Shown: positions 46,518-59,165 of the stretch, piece by piece | Layout of the letters: the number at the start of each line of letters is the position of its first letter | How positions within the stretch are numbered: position 1 is the first letter of the stretch | Source of the DNA: Microbotryum violaceum | Taxonomy: Eukaryota | Reading direction: 5' to 3' | Assembly: GCA_001244265.2 (NCBI GenBank) | Contig: CDLV01000008.1 | Location: forward strand, 310,001-374,000 | Length of the DNA stretch: 64,000 nucleotides | The notes under the pieces: generated by a model | Databases searched by the model: none | Told to the model about the DNA's origin: nothing | What the model saw: only the letters and a program-made list of their open reading frames with translations | Program-made: the position numbers and the translations under genes

Positions 46518-49476
46518 CTAAGCATCCTTGAGTTTGAACTCGGCCAAAACCGAAATGTGATCACTGTGGGTCCAGAACAAGTTACCTCTTGTGTCAGGAA
46601 GGAATTTTCCCCATTTTCGATGCCTAATTGACCCCAACCCACCTTGGGAAATGAGCATTGGGGAAGCCTACGACCCGATCGGTGTATTCGGAATCGACGT
46701 GGCCGAGCAAACCCGTGACCGAAAGTGAATTCGTGCTGGTCACCCCCAAAAAAGAAAGATTCAATAAGTCGACCGCCTACGACTTCATTAAAACACACGA
46801 CGGGATGAACTCACGTGTAAAACAGATAATCCAACACGCCCTCGAAACCGGGTGTATAGTTCGTGAACTCCAACTCGCCGACATGGCCATAAGCCGACTT
46901 GAGCGACAAGCGATGGTTCAACCCTTCCGAGGTGTAATGGCCGTACGTATGCCCCATGAAATCTTCGTGGTCCTTCTCGACTTGCCCTTTGGTCATGAAC
47001 TCGTACACGCCCGAATGGGGTTCAGAGTTGAAATCACCACAGATCAAGGTCGGGATCTTGGACCCGTTAGCGTATTTGGGTGCGGCGTCGTATCCTTCCC
47101 CTAGGTTCAACCGGGAAGGCAACTTGGCGAAATCGTTGGCGATCTTGTGCACTTCATCCATCATCATCGCGACTTGGACGAGTTTGACATCCCTAAAGTC
47201 AGGGTTCCAATGAACGTGCGTATTGGCGACGACGAGCCGAGCGCCCGAAGCGCGATGTTCGAGGCACGTCACGACGGCGATATTGTCCTGCGTCATCACG
47301 CGGTTGAACATGTCCTCGGTCTTTTTAAAGTCCGGTCGCCGCATCGCGATCTGCTGAAACTCGATCAGGACCTGTTCGACGAGCGCAAAGGTCGTGTTCT
47401 TGAAAAAGGTCGCACACCCATCGACGCGCTTGCGCTCGTCGCCGTGCATCGTCCGGGCCCTCGACTTGGGGTAGTACACGCCGTCATAGTCCTGCCCGGA
47501 GAGGTGCTCCAAAAAGTACGACTCGTATTGCTCGACGTCGACCTCTTGCAAGCAGATCAGATCGGCGCCATAGGTCATGATCTCTTGCAGGATCAACTCC
47601 TTGCGGTACTCCCAATTCAACGCCCAGCTCGGTGTATAGCCGTACATTTGCGAGGTCGCGTACTTTTCGCACAGGATGTTGTAGCTCAGAGTCGAAAAGG
47701 TCTCCTCCGGCGGCCGCTTGGATCCGTCGGCGTTGAGTGCGGCCGCGGTCGGGAACGAATCCGGTTCGACCGTGATCCAGTCCCGTTCGGGAGGGGGCAG
47801 TGGTACTGGGCACGAGTCGCGAAGGTAGGCGACGAGGGCCGAGGTGCCGTCTTTTTCGAGCAGAGACCGCAACGTATCGGACAGGGGATTGCCTTCAATC
47901 CCGAGCGTGTCGAGCTGGTGCAAGGTGCCTAGTTCTGGTGGCAAAGACTGGAGGTGATTGTCAAATAGGAAGAGCTCGCGCAGGCGTGTCAAAAGCCCAA
48001 TCTCGACGGGTAGGGACGTGAGTTTGTTGGACGAGGCGTCGAGCAGGACGAGGTTCGACAGCCGCGAGATCGAGGTCGGCAGCACCGACAGCGAGTTGTG
48101 CGGGATGTAGAGCGTCGTCAAGAACGTGTACTGGAACAGCTCGGAGGCCAGGTTCTTGAGGTTCATGCCGCCCATGTCGATCGTGGACCATGTCGGCTTG
48201 TCGGACTGGTTGGTCGCGACTGTGTCGAGACCCCCAAGGGCGAGTTCGGTCGCGGCGGTCGTTGGGGACGAGCCCGAGTCGCGGATGTGGTCGGTACGGA
48301 TCGAGCCTACGGCGGATGCACTGCGCTCATCGTCGAAGAGCTTGGACGCGGTGCTGGCATTCTTGGCGTGGCCGTTGGCGAGATTGGGGCCGTAACTGCG
48401 CTTTGCGCCGGCGATCGTGCTCGAGGGGCGCTGGCTCGGGTCCGAGATGACGATCGCGGCGGACGAGCCCGTGTGCCCTCGTGCGGCGAGATGGGCCGCT
48501 CGAGCATTGTGGTGGGGTGAGTTGGACTGGCGCGAGATGTGGGCGAGGGACATTTGTTGCTGCCAGTGGGAGGAGAGCGGACCCTGGCTTCCGTTGGATT
48601 GCCCCCCGCCGGCGGTCTGTTGCGGGTGGTGGTGGGAGGACGGGTTGTTGTTGTTCTGATTGTTGTTGTTTGGGTTGTTCCCGCCCGCGCCATTCTTTTG
48701 GTGGTGCGGCGGAGGTTGATGCGGGTGGTGCGACGAGTGGGAAAGTGGTGCACCTGACCCTTGTCCGGGATGGGCCGAGTGCGAGTGCGGTGGCAGCGAA
48801 TTGTGGTGCTGCGAGTGGGATGGCCCTCCCGAATAGGCTGCCGGTGATGCCGGTGGTCCTGGGTACGAGAAGGAGTGATGGGGTTGCTGCTGAGTTTGGT
48901 ATGTGGTGGGTTAGACCGTGGGTCAGGGAGCGCATTAACGGTCGTCGTCCGATCGGTCGCGCGGCGGGGGAAAAGCAAGGATGTGAAAAAGGTCGAGCCA
49001 GATCAGCGACGATTCTAGGCCGACAGTGAGACTCCAGCTCGTCATGCACCCAGGTTGGTTCACTGAGAACCGATCACGAACTGTCGTCGTTGGCCGTACT
49101 CGAGGACGCACGCCGCGCTGGGCTCGTACTCTATACTCACATGATGGGGTGGTGCCTGCCCGTAATGACCATGCTGCAACCGATTGATCAACGAATATCG
49201 CTGGGCATTGTTGTTGTTGTTGTTGTTCGACCCATTGTTGTAAGGGGATGCGCCTCCCCCGCCGCCATTCGCTGCAGATGAGCCACCCGGCGCGGTACTG
49301 CTGCTCGTCGTCGTCGCTCCAGCGGCTACTCCAGCTCCAGCTCCAGCTCCTCCGCCGCCTGTCCCTGTCCCTGTCCCTGCTCCTGCTCCTCCTGCGCCAG
49401 ACGAAGTAGCCCCATGAGGTGGCGAGGCGGGCGCAGGCGAAGGTGATGGACTGAAGCCCGAAGTGTTGGAGTACAT
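46518..49476 (-). CDS. CCR4: CCR4-NOT deadenylase subunit Ccr4 (LRR + EEP nuclease)
   Basis: Low-complexity G/N/H-rich N-terminus, LRRs, SYNILCEKYAT..YGYTPSWAL, CLQEV, ICGDFNS, FTNYTPGFEGVLDYLFY, GFPNAHFPSDHI. Confidence 0.95.
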
Positions 49477-50006
49477 GGGGTAGGTAACTCAGACCACGAT
49501 CAAGAGGGGATCAGTTGACAAGCGTTCGAGGTGGTGTGGGTGGTGGTGGTATTGGGGTTGGAGAGGGTGATGGTGCAAGAGGATGGTCGGTGGTGCGACC
49601 GGGCTCATAAAGGTCAGATTTAGCAAAGGCACGCCAAAAGGGCAAGAGACGTGGCGTGGCGTGGAGTGCGTGGGTGTGGGTGTGGGTGGGTGGGTGCGTG
49701 AGTGGATTTCTGATGGGTGGAGTGCAGCAGCTCGAAGGATCTCGCGGGCCGGCTCACCAGAAAGGATTTCGGGCGCCTGCGCCGAGCTGAGCCGAGCTGA
49801 GCTGGTTCGGTGCTGGGTGGTGTTGTCGAACAAGGCGCGCAAAGTCTAATCACCCGAATAGGAGGTTGGAAGATGTTCCCGTTTCGACCAAAAAAGACAG
49901 AATTGTAATAGTGCGGGCGCACACGATAATAATTTTGTTGCCCTAATGCTAGTGGTATTACCAACTTTATCTGAAAGCTAGATTTTCGCCCTCTCCCCAT
50001 CCTCCA

Positions 50007-51267
50007 TCAGACACCCGCATGATCCTTCTTGTACCTCTCCACCAACACATGACAACACTTCCTCAACGCCTCTTCCTCGTTCAATGTAGCCCAATCACAC
50101 CCCGCCCATCTCACTTTCCCATTCGAATCGACGAGGTACACGTACCCGACGTGCTTGTTCGTCATTCCCAACGGTTCACGCAGGTATTCGAGGGATTGGT
50201 GCGAGAGGAGATAAGTCGGTTGGTATTGAACGGGTATTTGACGACGCAGCGAAGAGAGGAACATGGTCACCAGGAACGATTTCAATGGGTTTTCTTGCGC
50301 GTTGATCTGTGGCGACACAAAGTCAGATTATTTTCTTTTCGGGAGCTCCTGACTCGGGGTAGCTGGACCCACGTAGACGTATTGAAAAAGAGGTTCATCC
50401 TTCATATCCGACAGAGCCGGTCTCACGAACGACTTGACATGTTCCTGCATTCGACCACATTGACAGCCTATTCACCGATGGTGTGCGGCCTTCATCAAGG
50501 ACCTACCTCTGAACTCCTGAAGCTGCCAATGGCGACGAGCGATATTTTACCCTTCCATAAATCGGTCGTATGCGTCTTTGCCTTGTTCGCCAACGAGACG
50601 CCTTGTATGTCCGGGAAGTAGAGCGACAACTGCGGGGGTGGACAGGCAGGGTTTTCTCGACGAGGCGGTTAGCGCGATGCTGTGTAAAGTCAATAGTTGA
50701 ACCTACATCTTCTCGGACGAGTGTATTGGGTGCGATCCATTTTTTGCCTCCCTGGTGCCTCAACTCGTTATAATCGTTGAAATAGCCTTTCGAAACTTGT
50801 TTAACCCTGTCGTCCGGGGAAAAATTAGCCTCGGCGCACCCGATCAAGATCGTACCGGAAGTTCGCGCAACTGACAAGTGTTTTCTCTCGTCCAACCTCC
50901 TCTGCTTGCTCAACAGGTTGCGCTTCCATTCCTCCCTCGTCACCGGGTCGGTGGAGGGTTTATTCGTCATGCCCAGCGCACGGGAGAGGTAAGGTGGGGG
51001 GGTGGTGTTGCGTTGTTCGACCTTTTTCAGCTCGGCTTCGGAGGGGGTCAGATGTGAGTCGGAGTAGGTGGCGGGCGAAGTGGACGGGCGGGGGGAGGTG
51101 GAGGATGAAGGTGGAGATGAAGGAGTGGACGAGCTCGACGAAGCGAAGGAGCTGCAAGTGGTCGAGAAGGAACAACTCGGAGCGCACGAGCTCGTAGACG
51201 CGAACGCTTGACGTGTTGAAGCGTAGACGAGCGGTCGAGTCGACCGAGCGAGTGTCGAGGCGAACAT
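50007..51267 (-). CDS. ATP10: Mitochondrial F1Fo ATPase assembly factor Atp10
   Basis: Presequence MFASTLARSTR; KGYFNDY..LRHQGGKKWIAP, LYFPDIQG, INAQENPLK, LGMTNKHVGYVYLVDSNGKVRWAGC. Confidence 0.9.
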
Positions 51268-51465
51268 GGCCTATGCTGGTTGATTCAGGCTTATGCAAGT
51301 GGATGCGGTGAGGGCGGTGAGGGCGGGTGTGGAGGGAGACCCAGAGCGCGCAAGTCGGCTCTTGCTCTGGCTCTCTCTCGCTTCTCCTTCTCCATTCCAG
51401 CTCGAGTACCGGTCCGATACCTACCCCTACCCGTTTCAATACCGCACCCTTTCTTTCGTAAAACT
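51268..51465. promoter_or_regulatory. Compact divergent (bidirectional) promoter between ATP10 and TPT1
   Basis: Only 198 bp separate the two head-to-head ATGs, with a pyrimidine-rich tract on each strand ahead of each gene. Confidence 0.6.
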
Positions 51466-52659
51466 ATGAGCGAGCCACGTTTCACTCCCGAACGCGCACC
51501 GCAAGCCTCCACCTCGACCTCGGATCCCATCTCCGCACCCAATCCCAAACCGCCCAACACCTCTCGCAAGATCGCCCCCACCGCCCGAGGCCGCACCACC
51601 GACTCCGACGACGTGCGACATTCCAAAACGCTCTCTTACATCCTTCGTCATGGTGCAGCGAAGGAACATCTCGTCCTCAGAGCGGATGGGTTCGTTCGAG
51701 TTGATCAGTTGGTAAGCTTCGCCCAACTGTAATTTGCAGAGTTTGCTTTCCACCTTCAACTTTCGGGATGCACGTGATCTTTCTCTCCAGCTCAAGAGAC
51801 CCAAATTGAAAGGTGTCACATTCGAGACAATACAACGTATCGTCGCCGAGAATGAGAAACAACGCTTCACGCTGCAAAAAGAAGCCAAGAAGCCAAGTGG
51901 GGGAGACGTAGCCGAAGACGCCGAATTCGAGTGGTGGATCAGGGCGAACCAGGGGCATTCGGTGCAGGTCAGTTTCGAGCTGGGATAGAGAGTATGCTCG
52001 CCCAGAATTGTTGACTTGGCCTTCATCACTCGGCGCAGGTCGAATCCCTCGAACTAAAACCCATCCTCGACGCCTCCCAAGTCCCCACCATGGTCCATGG
52101 CACGACCTACAAGCTATGGCCTACAATAGGTGCGGTTCGAAAAAAGGCCCCGTAACACAGCTTGTTTACTAAATTTTGATCGCCCAATTTCCTCCGCACA
52201 TGTTTCAGCCAAGCAAGGCCTTTCGAAAATGGCGAGGAACCATATCCACTGCGCAACGGGCTTGTTTGGCGATGCTGGGGTCAAGAGCGGTCAGCACGCT
52301 CACTCTTCCTCATATAACCATTCTCCATCCTCATTGAGACTCTCCTGTTCACCCACAGGAATGCGAGCCAATTGTAACCTCTTCATATATTTAGACGTTC
52401 CCAAACTTCTCGCCGGTAAGTCAACACGGATCAATCTGGTGGTTCGCTGGTAAAGCCTGACCTTTTCATCTCTCCTCAACAACTCCCCCCTTTTCGATCA
52501 GACAATATCCCTATCTACGAATCCTCCAACAACGTACTTCTCACATCAGGCAAGGACGGCATCGTCTCGCCAACCTACTTTAAGAAAGTGGAGAGGAAAA
52601 TCGTCGGAGCGGCAGCTGAGGTCGAGGAACTTAATTTGGACGGCTTGTCTCTGCAATAA
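51466..52659 (+). CDS. TPT1: tRNA 2'-phosphotransferase Tpt1/KptA
   Basis: SKTLSYILRHGA, DGFV, NEKQRF, IRANQGHS, VHGT, GLSKMARNHIH, SGMR, SSNNVLLT across six exons. Confidence 0.93.
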
Positions 52660-52842
52660 GGACAGATTTCCTCGGGTATGGAATATGGCACCGTTTGTTC
52701 TGATTCCCAAATGAGCAGATACCACGAGCGAAATTCACTCCTCTCTTCTCCTTCGGCCACCTCCCACGAATCAAAACACGGTCTCAAAACGAAACCACCA
52801 CGGGGAAGAGCAACCCCCACCTTCATTTTCAAGCTTCCATCC

Positions 52843-55368
52843 TTACGCGCCCCTCCTCAACGTATTCTTCTTCGCCGGCTTGACCCTCTTCTTCCTCTTA
52901 CCCCCCGCAAAAGCATTCGCCGATTTGAGATCCCTCCCCAACGAATCCTCCTTCTTGACAGCGTAGATCCTTACGATCCAATTCTCCGAGGTGAAGGCTT
53001 CTTCCAATGTGTCGAGTTGGATAGGGGTGTTGGGAATCACTTGACCTCGAACACGATCGTGGGCTTGACCGCCTCCGAAGACTTCGGCGAAGCTGGAAGG
53101 TAAACCAGGAAGCGCATTTGATCAGTTTCGCTCCTTTCCCCCGCCCCGCCCCGCCTGCCCAGGCAATAGGTATGCGCTACTTACCGATAGTAAGACATCT
53201 TGTACATCAAGCTATTCTTCATCACTTCACTCGCATCCGCATCGACCTTGAACTCCCCTCGACTGGTAAAGTACTTTTGTTCATTGATCTCCTGCGGCCA
53301 AATCCCTTCCGAGATCCTGACCATCCACAAGAACTTGTTGATATCATCCCCTCCGAAACCGAGTAAACCACCAAAGATGACGAGAACGTAATCGACGTCG
53401 TGTTGTCTCAATAAAGGGTAAGCCGCTTCTTCGTTCAAAGACATCATCTTACCCACCGTAGCGATGTGGGTGTTGTTCCAGGTGTTGTTATCGACCAAGG
53501 TCGTACGGTTCGAAAATCCGGCGATTTGGTAACCGTAATCCCACCAGGACATGATCTTGGCATCCTCCTTGGTATTCTGTCGAAGCCAGTAATAAGCCTC
53601 TCGGAAATCATCGATGATGTTGTTCGATCCGTCGGCGTTTCGACTCGACAAGACGACGGAGGGGGAGGAATAAGCCGTCGAAGTAACCCAGGTGCAATGC
53701 AGTACGAACAAGCTCGCCAAGAAGGTGAAGGCGATAATCGGCATCGCTCGAACGTCTAGACCCCAAACACCGGCTTTGGTAGACGATAACCTGCGATTCG
53801 ATCGTTTCGACGTCGTCTTGGCGTCTTTCGTGGGCTTCGTACCGTCGTCTTCAGTCATAGCAGCGACGATGTCTTCGGTCGTATCGGGTTGGACGGGGTC
53901 GAGGTAGGTTTCGAAAACGGACGAGATCGCCATGGCAGCCGAGACGCAAACGACGGGCGTCAAGGTCAACATGAGACGAACCATGACGCCGGCGAAATAA
54001 GACGCGAGGAAGGAGTAAATGATGACGAAAACGTGCTCGTCCCTCAACTCGCGGAAGCAGATAAAGACACCCGCGGGGAAGAGGTAGATGAGGAAGTTGA
54101 GGTCGAAGAAGAATGAAGGCCATGCGGTCGGTTGGTGTTCCGAGACGGAAGAGACCAACGGCAAATGGATGCGAGCGTAGCCCGTGTCCCAGAGCGAGTA
54201 GAAACGACCGGTCCAAGGTTGAATCTTGCCCGAGCGGGTCATGAACCACAAGCCACCAAAAATCATCGTCAAGCCGACACCAAGCGCGGCGCGGAACAAA
54301 ACTTTGAACTGGGCCTCGGGCACGTGCGATCGTACGAGCTGCACGAAAGCGATGAGCTGGAGCAGACCAAAGACGCCGAGCGGGGCCATGTGCTCGGACG
54401 TGAGCAAGGGCAAGAAGCCGACAAAGGGAACCGTCATCGACGACAAGGTGCCAATTGCGTAGAACGTCGAGTAGGCGACGTAGAGGCGCGAGGTGTAGCG
54501 GCCCATGAGCAACAGCACAAAGACGTGCAAGGGGAGCATGTTGGTGATAAAGGCGTATCCACCCCACGCAGCGACCATGTAGTAGTAGAAGAGTGCCGTC
54601 ACGCCGGCCCAGGTGATGGACCCAGTCTTGACGGTCTTGATCCAGAGGTAGAAGGTGAACATGAGGATGAAGATGGCGATGGCCTCGTTGTCGTAACTAC
54701 CCGCGACCGAACGCGAGATGTAACCGGGCGCGATACCGATGAAGAGCGCGGCCCAGAGACCGGTCGATTCGCGCGATCCGTCCTTGCCGACCTCTCGAGC
54801 GAAGAGGTAGGTCGCAAAAGCGGTCAGACCGGAAAACATAGGGGCGAGCTGTACACAGACTTCTCGGATGTCGACGGGGATCGAGAGCGAGTGCAGCGCT
54901 TTCCAGATGAGGCCCGAGGTGACCATCAAGCCGGGGTAGAGCGTTCCTCCAACGACTCGACCGAGCGGGTACCAAGCCGTTGGATCGAACCAATTCCAGA
55001 ATTCCTGTGGCGCATATTTCAGATACAATGTTCAGCTTTCTGGGCGGTGAAAGCGCTTCACTGTTGCCCTTGTCGACACCCACGTAAAAGCCATCCTTGG
55101 TCAGGGTCATGGTCGCGCGGTAATTGAACCATGGGTCGAATCTGTGCAAAAGGGGAGAAGGAATTTTACGCTCAGTTAAAATATAGTTTATACGGAAGAA
55201 GTGTAGTTCTCACTCGTGGATGATGGACTCGAATCGAACGACGGCAAACTCTCGAGAAGAGACTGCGGCGCCGGCGATGCAGAGGAGGATGACGGTGCGC
55301 AGGAACGACGAGATGGTCGTCGAAGTCTCTTTGTCGAGCCTCGGTGGTGGATAGGCGTAGGACGGCAT
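52843..55368 (-). CDS. STT3: Oligosaccharyltransferase catalytic subunit Stt3
   Basis: FESIIHEFDPWFNYRAT, WYPLGRVVGGTLYPGL, SRSVAGSYDNE, SVSEHQP, SWWDYGYQI, DNNTWN, DDINKFLWMVRI, EEAFTSENWIVRIY. Confidence 0.97.
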
Positions 55369-56984
55369 GATGTACTTGCGTCTAAGAAGTTCTTGAGAAG
55401 CTAAGGCGGGCTGCTCAGGAAGGGAGATGATGAATGTGGAGCGCAGCTGGAGGTAAAGCCGGAGGTAAAGCAGAGGATGCAGCAGGCAGAGGAACAAGTC
55501 AGAATCAGCCAAAGAACGCAAAGAACGCGCTGACAGTAAAACGTCACGAGAATACATGGAAGATTTCTTTCTCTGTTTGAGCTCGGCCGCACGTGCTGCC
55601 CCGCAAGTAGCACAGACCGCAAGCGGTCCGGCATCCTCGAGACCAACCGACGTGTCGCACCCCATCCGTCCCATGCGACATCCTCCGAACGCAGCTACAG
55701 CGCCTTCCCGGCCAGTCTTTTCTCCCTCGTGAAAGCGCGACTGGTTCGAGGGACTCACCAATGGCAAGATATGCCTGCCCTTTCGTCACGGAGCTCCGTT
55801 CGAGGAGGGCAGTGGGGGCGAAGCAACAGCGCAAGCTACGTGGCCGGAACCGTCGAGCCTAAAGCACACAAGTTTGCGCGTGTCGTTCAAAGTTCGTACG
55901 GCGGACCTCGGCGGTGGCGAGGTTGAGGTTGAGAATCAACTCCAAGACTCTCGTTTGGGACGAGACAACTTTGGACCACTGTTTTGACTGGAGAGGGGTG
56001 GGTGTACGTCGACAGGCAGGCGAGGCCGAATGGGTGCTTTAGCGCGCAGCTGCGTCAAAGCTGGTAGAAGCTTGTGGGGGGATGGGCACGGACCCACTCG
56101 AACTCAAGACGAGCGAATCCACTGCAGCGCCGGCAGAGTGGGGTGAAACCAGCTAGCCTCACCAGAAAGTTCTCAGGCGGGTCTGAAAAATCGCAATGTT
56201 GAACTTCAGTATCATCTATCAAAATCTGAGACCAAGACACAGGGCGATACGCCGGAAGCTCCGGAGGGCGAGGGCGTGCAGTGGGTTAGGTCTTCTCATC
56301 CGTCTCATCTGGTTTCATACGACCAAACGAGCTAAGTAGCAAAGAATAGCTGGATTTTCTCCGTGAAGAAAGAATGTGCGGACGAAGTCGTCGGTGCAGA
56401 ACAGCCGGCTGGAGTTATCGAGCCGAGGACGACTCGAGCACGATCCGTGGACCGACGGTCGCGGCTTCACCTTTAACTGACACCCATAATATCACCGGGT
56501 AAGGCGAACGACTACCGGGTAAGCACGCTTCAGATTCAAGTCGATTTCATGTATAGCTTTGACGCTGTAGCGGGTTGGGCCCACACCAAGCAAGCCGGAG
56601 CGATCGTTCGGTCACGTGCTGCGGAACTGCCGGCCCGGAGCATTGTTCACCGTTGGAGCGAGTCGAAGGAATGTGGAGCTAGTCGTCAATGAGTCAATTC
56701 GAGGTAGTAATGAGACTCCACCGTAACGGTGAAGAGTAATGCTTGAAAGCCAGACCGCTGACACGCTGGTGCTGTGTGTTTCATGGTCGCCATACTTGTC
56801 GAGAGTTACCTTGGAGGGGGGACGAGTCGGCCCCACCCCACCAAGCGGAGCAGCGGCAAGTTGCCGCCCTGCCGCCCGCGGGGAACACAGCAACGACGAC
56901 TTCCGCAAACGCCGTCGTTCTCTCTCTCTCTCTTTCCTCCCCTTCCATCAACTTTAACTCTGCAAATTCATAAATCGCTCAAAC

Positions 56985-58492
56985 ATGTCCTACATCGATT
57001 CCCTTTTCGGTCTCTCGGGCAAGACGGCCCTCTGTACTGGCGCGACCAGGGGCATGTAAGTTCAACCACCTTGTCCAGGCCGCCTTCATCGGTCCACAAG
57101 AGCTTCTGCCAGAAACTGACTGGGAACTTTCCTACGTGTCTCCGCGCACCCTAACGTCGATTACGCACAGTGGTCAAACTATGGCGCTCGCTTTGGCTCA
57201 GGCTGGAGCTGACATTGTCCTCGTTCAAGTGAGTAATGTGATAGGGTTGGTCGTACTAGTCAGGCATGGGACGACAAGAGAAACGGGCGTGGCCCCCCAC
57301 CAAGATCTCCCCACCCCACCCTTCTCGTTTGCCGTGAAACTTAAAAGCTGCCCGACGCTAATCCGTTCTCTCTCGCATCATCATCCGCCTCAGAGGAATA
57401 AGGAGAACCTCGAGACGTACAACAAGATCAAGGCACTCGGTCGACAAGTCGACATAGCCGTGTGCGATCTCAGCAGCGACATCGAGGTCAAGGGGCTCGT
57501 CAAGCAGGTCGTTGGACCTACGTCCGAGGGCGGGTTGGGAAGGGAGATTGACGTTTTGGTCAACTGCGGTGGTATTCAGCGAAGGTACGTTTCGTCTCTA
57601 ACCACAAGGGATAGATCATTGGAACGCGTGCATCCGGACTGATGTTTTTTTGAAGCGCCGATCCTCCGACCAGAACACCGGCCGAGAACTTCTCCGACGG
57701 CGACTGGAATGACGTCTTGCAAGTCAACCTCAACGCTGTCTGGACCTTGGCAAGGGATGTCGGCCGCCACATGTTGGAGAGCCGAGGTGGTGTTTCGGGA
57801 GAAGAGGCGCCGAAGACGGAGAACCCTCGCGGACGAGGCAAGATCATCAACATTGCCAGTCTCTTGTCTTTCCAAGGTGCGGTATGGAGGGTGTCGCAGT
57901 CTGGAGCAAATGAAATAACGGGATTTTGACCAGATCGAAATCCTCGAACGACTCTACAGGTGGTTTGACCGTTCCCGCTTACGCCGCGGCCAAGCACGGG
58001 GTCCTCGGTCTCGTGAGTTTGACTTTGTGCGGTTCTTCAGAGATCACATGGTCAGAGCTGACCTGGCGCATTGTCGAGGATTGTTCAGGGCAAAGCCTTA
58101 GCCAACGAATGGTCTGCCAAGGGTATTAACGTCAACTCGATCGCACCCGGCTACATTGCTACCGATGTTCGTCCTTTCTCCCCCTCTCTTTGCCCCCACT
58201 CTTTTTGCCCCTACTCTCTTTTCCCCCTCCTCCGGCAGTCGTCTACTGGGGCGTTCTTGCTCTGCAGCAGCTAGAGGTCAATGGCTGACCTATTGGCGTA
58301 ACCTTGAAACAGATGAACGAAGCCCTGATCGCGAACCCGACGCGCTCGCGCCAAATCATGGAAAGGATACCCGCGCAAAGGTGGGGGGCGCCGACGGACT
58401 TTGAAGGCGCGGTCGTCTTCTTGGCCAGTCGAGCGAGCGATTACGTTTGTGGGGAATGTATCACCGTCGATGGTGGATGGATGGGCAGGTAG
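56985..58492 (+). CDS. kduD: Short-chain dehydrogenase, 2-deoxy-D-gluconate 3-dehydrogenase (KduD)-like
   Basis: [93 protein letters not shown]. Confidence 0.85.
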
Positions 58493-59165
58493 AGTGGGAG
58501 GTAGTGATTGGCTTTGTACGCGGCTTACGGTGTGTGCAATCTAAGGTTTTTATAGAGACGATTCTCGGCGACTTGGTTCGTGGTGGTGGGCTCTGCGGTT
58601 GGCCGCGCAACACCGCGCCGAGGTGGGGCTCCCATATAGCGCTATAGCGCTAGTTCCGACCGACGACCTTTATCGAGTACGTTTTCTGGCCGTCATCAAA
58701 TCACCGATAGATATGATGTGGTGCGAATTTCTCAAAGAGTCTTCTCAAGCGAGAGACGCGTCCACGTAACAGCCTAAAAAATGGGCTAAGAAAGAACTTC
58801 CTGCAAGAACGATGAGCCTTCGATCGAAAGCCTCGGATTCGGTAAAAGGATCGTGTGCGCAGAACCCCCGGCCGGGCCTTCCCTTGGACGCGAGCCTCGA
58901 GCTACGAGGTCCAACTTGTTTAAAGCGCCGAGACTGCTGTTCGCTCCTCGACCGCCACCCACGGCACCACAAGTAACCCATCTGTGAGTTACGGTGCCTC
59001 ATACTTCATGCTCGGGAAGTCGCATACTGATGCTGTGTCTCTGCCCGTTCCCGCTCGGCGCTGCTACTCTCGCGCTGCTGCCTCGCGTCGCTCTCCCTTG
59101 TCTCCTCTCGTTGGTGCACCAGACCACGACGACGACGAGCTCTCGTGCGAAGGCGCCCTGACGAG

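Noticed and set aside
54132-55127. Long antisense ORFs (e.g. 331 aa opposite STT3, 261 aa opposite CCR4, 262 aa opposite RPL17, 283 aa opposite the Ser-rich gene)
   Set aside because: Shadow ORFs expected from GC-rich codon usage on the coding strand; no recognisable motifs.
58480-58560. Cryptic peroxisomal targeting by stop readthrough or alternative splicing at gene ends (KduD, GST, PEX8, others)
   Set aside because: No TGA-CTA readthrough context, and no SKL-type tripeptide before the next stop in the frames I checked.
58634-58652. Overlapping palindromes TATAGCGCTATAGCGCTA
   Set aside because: Too short and isolated to support a function.
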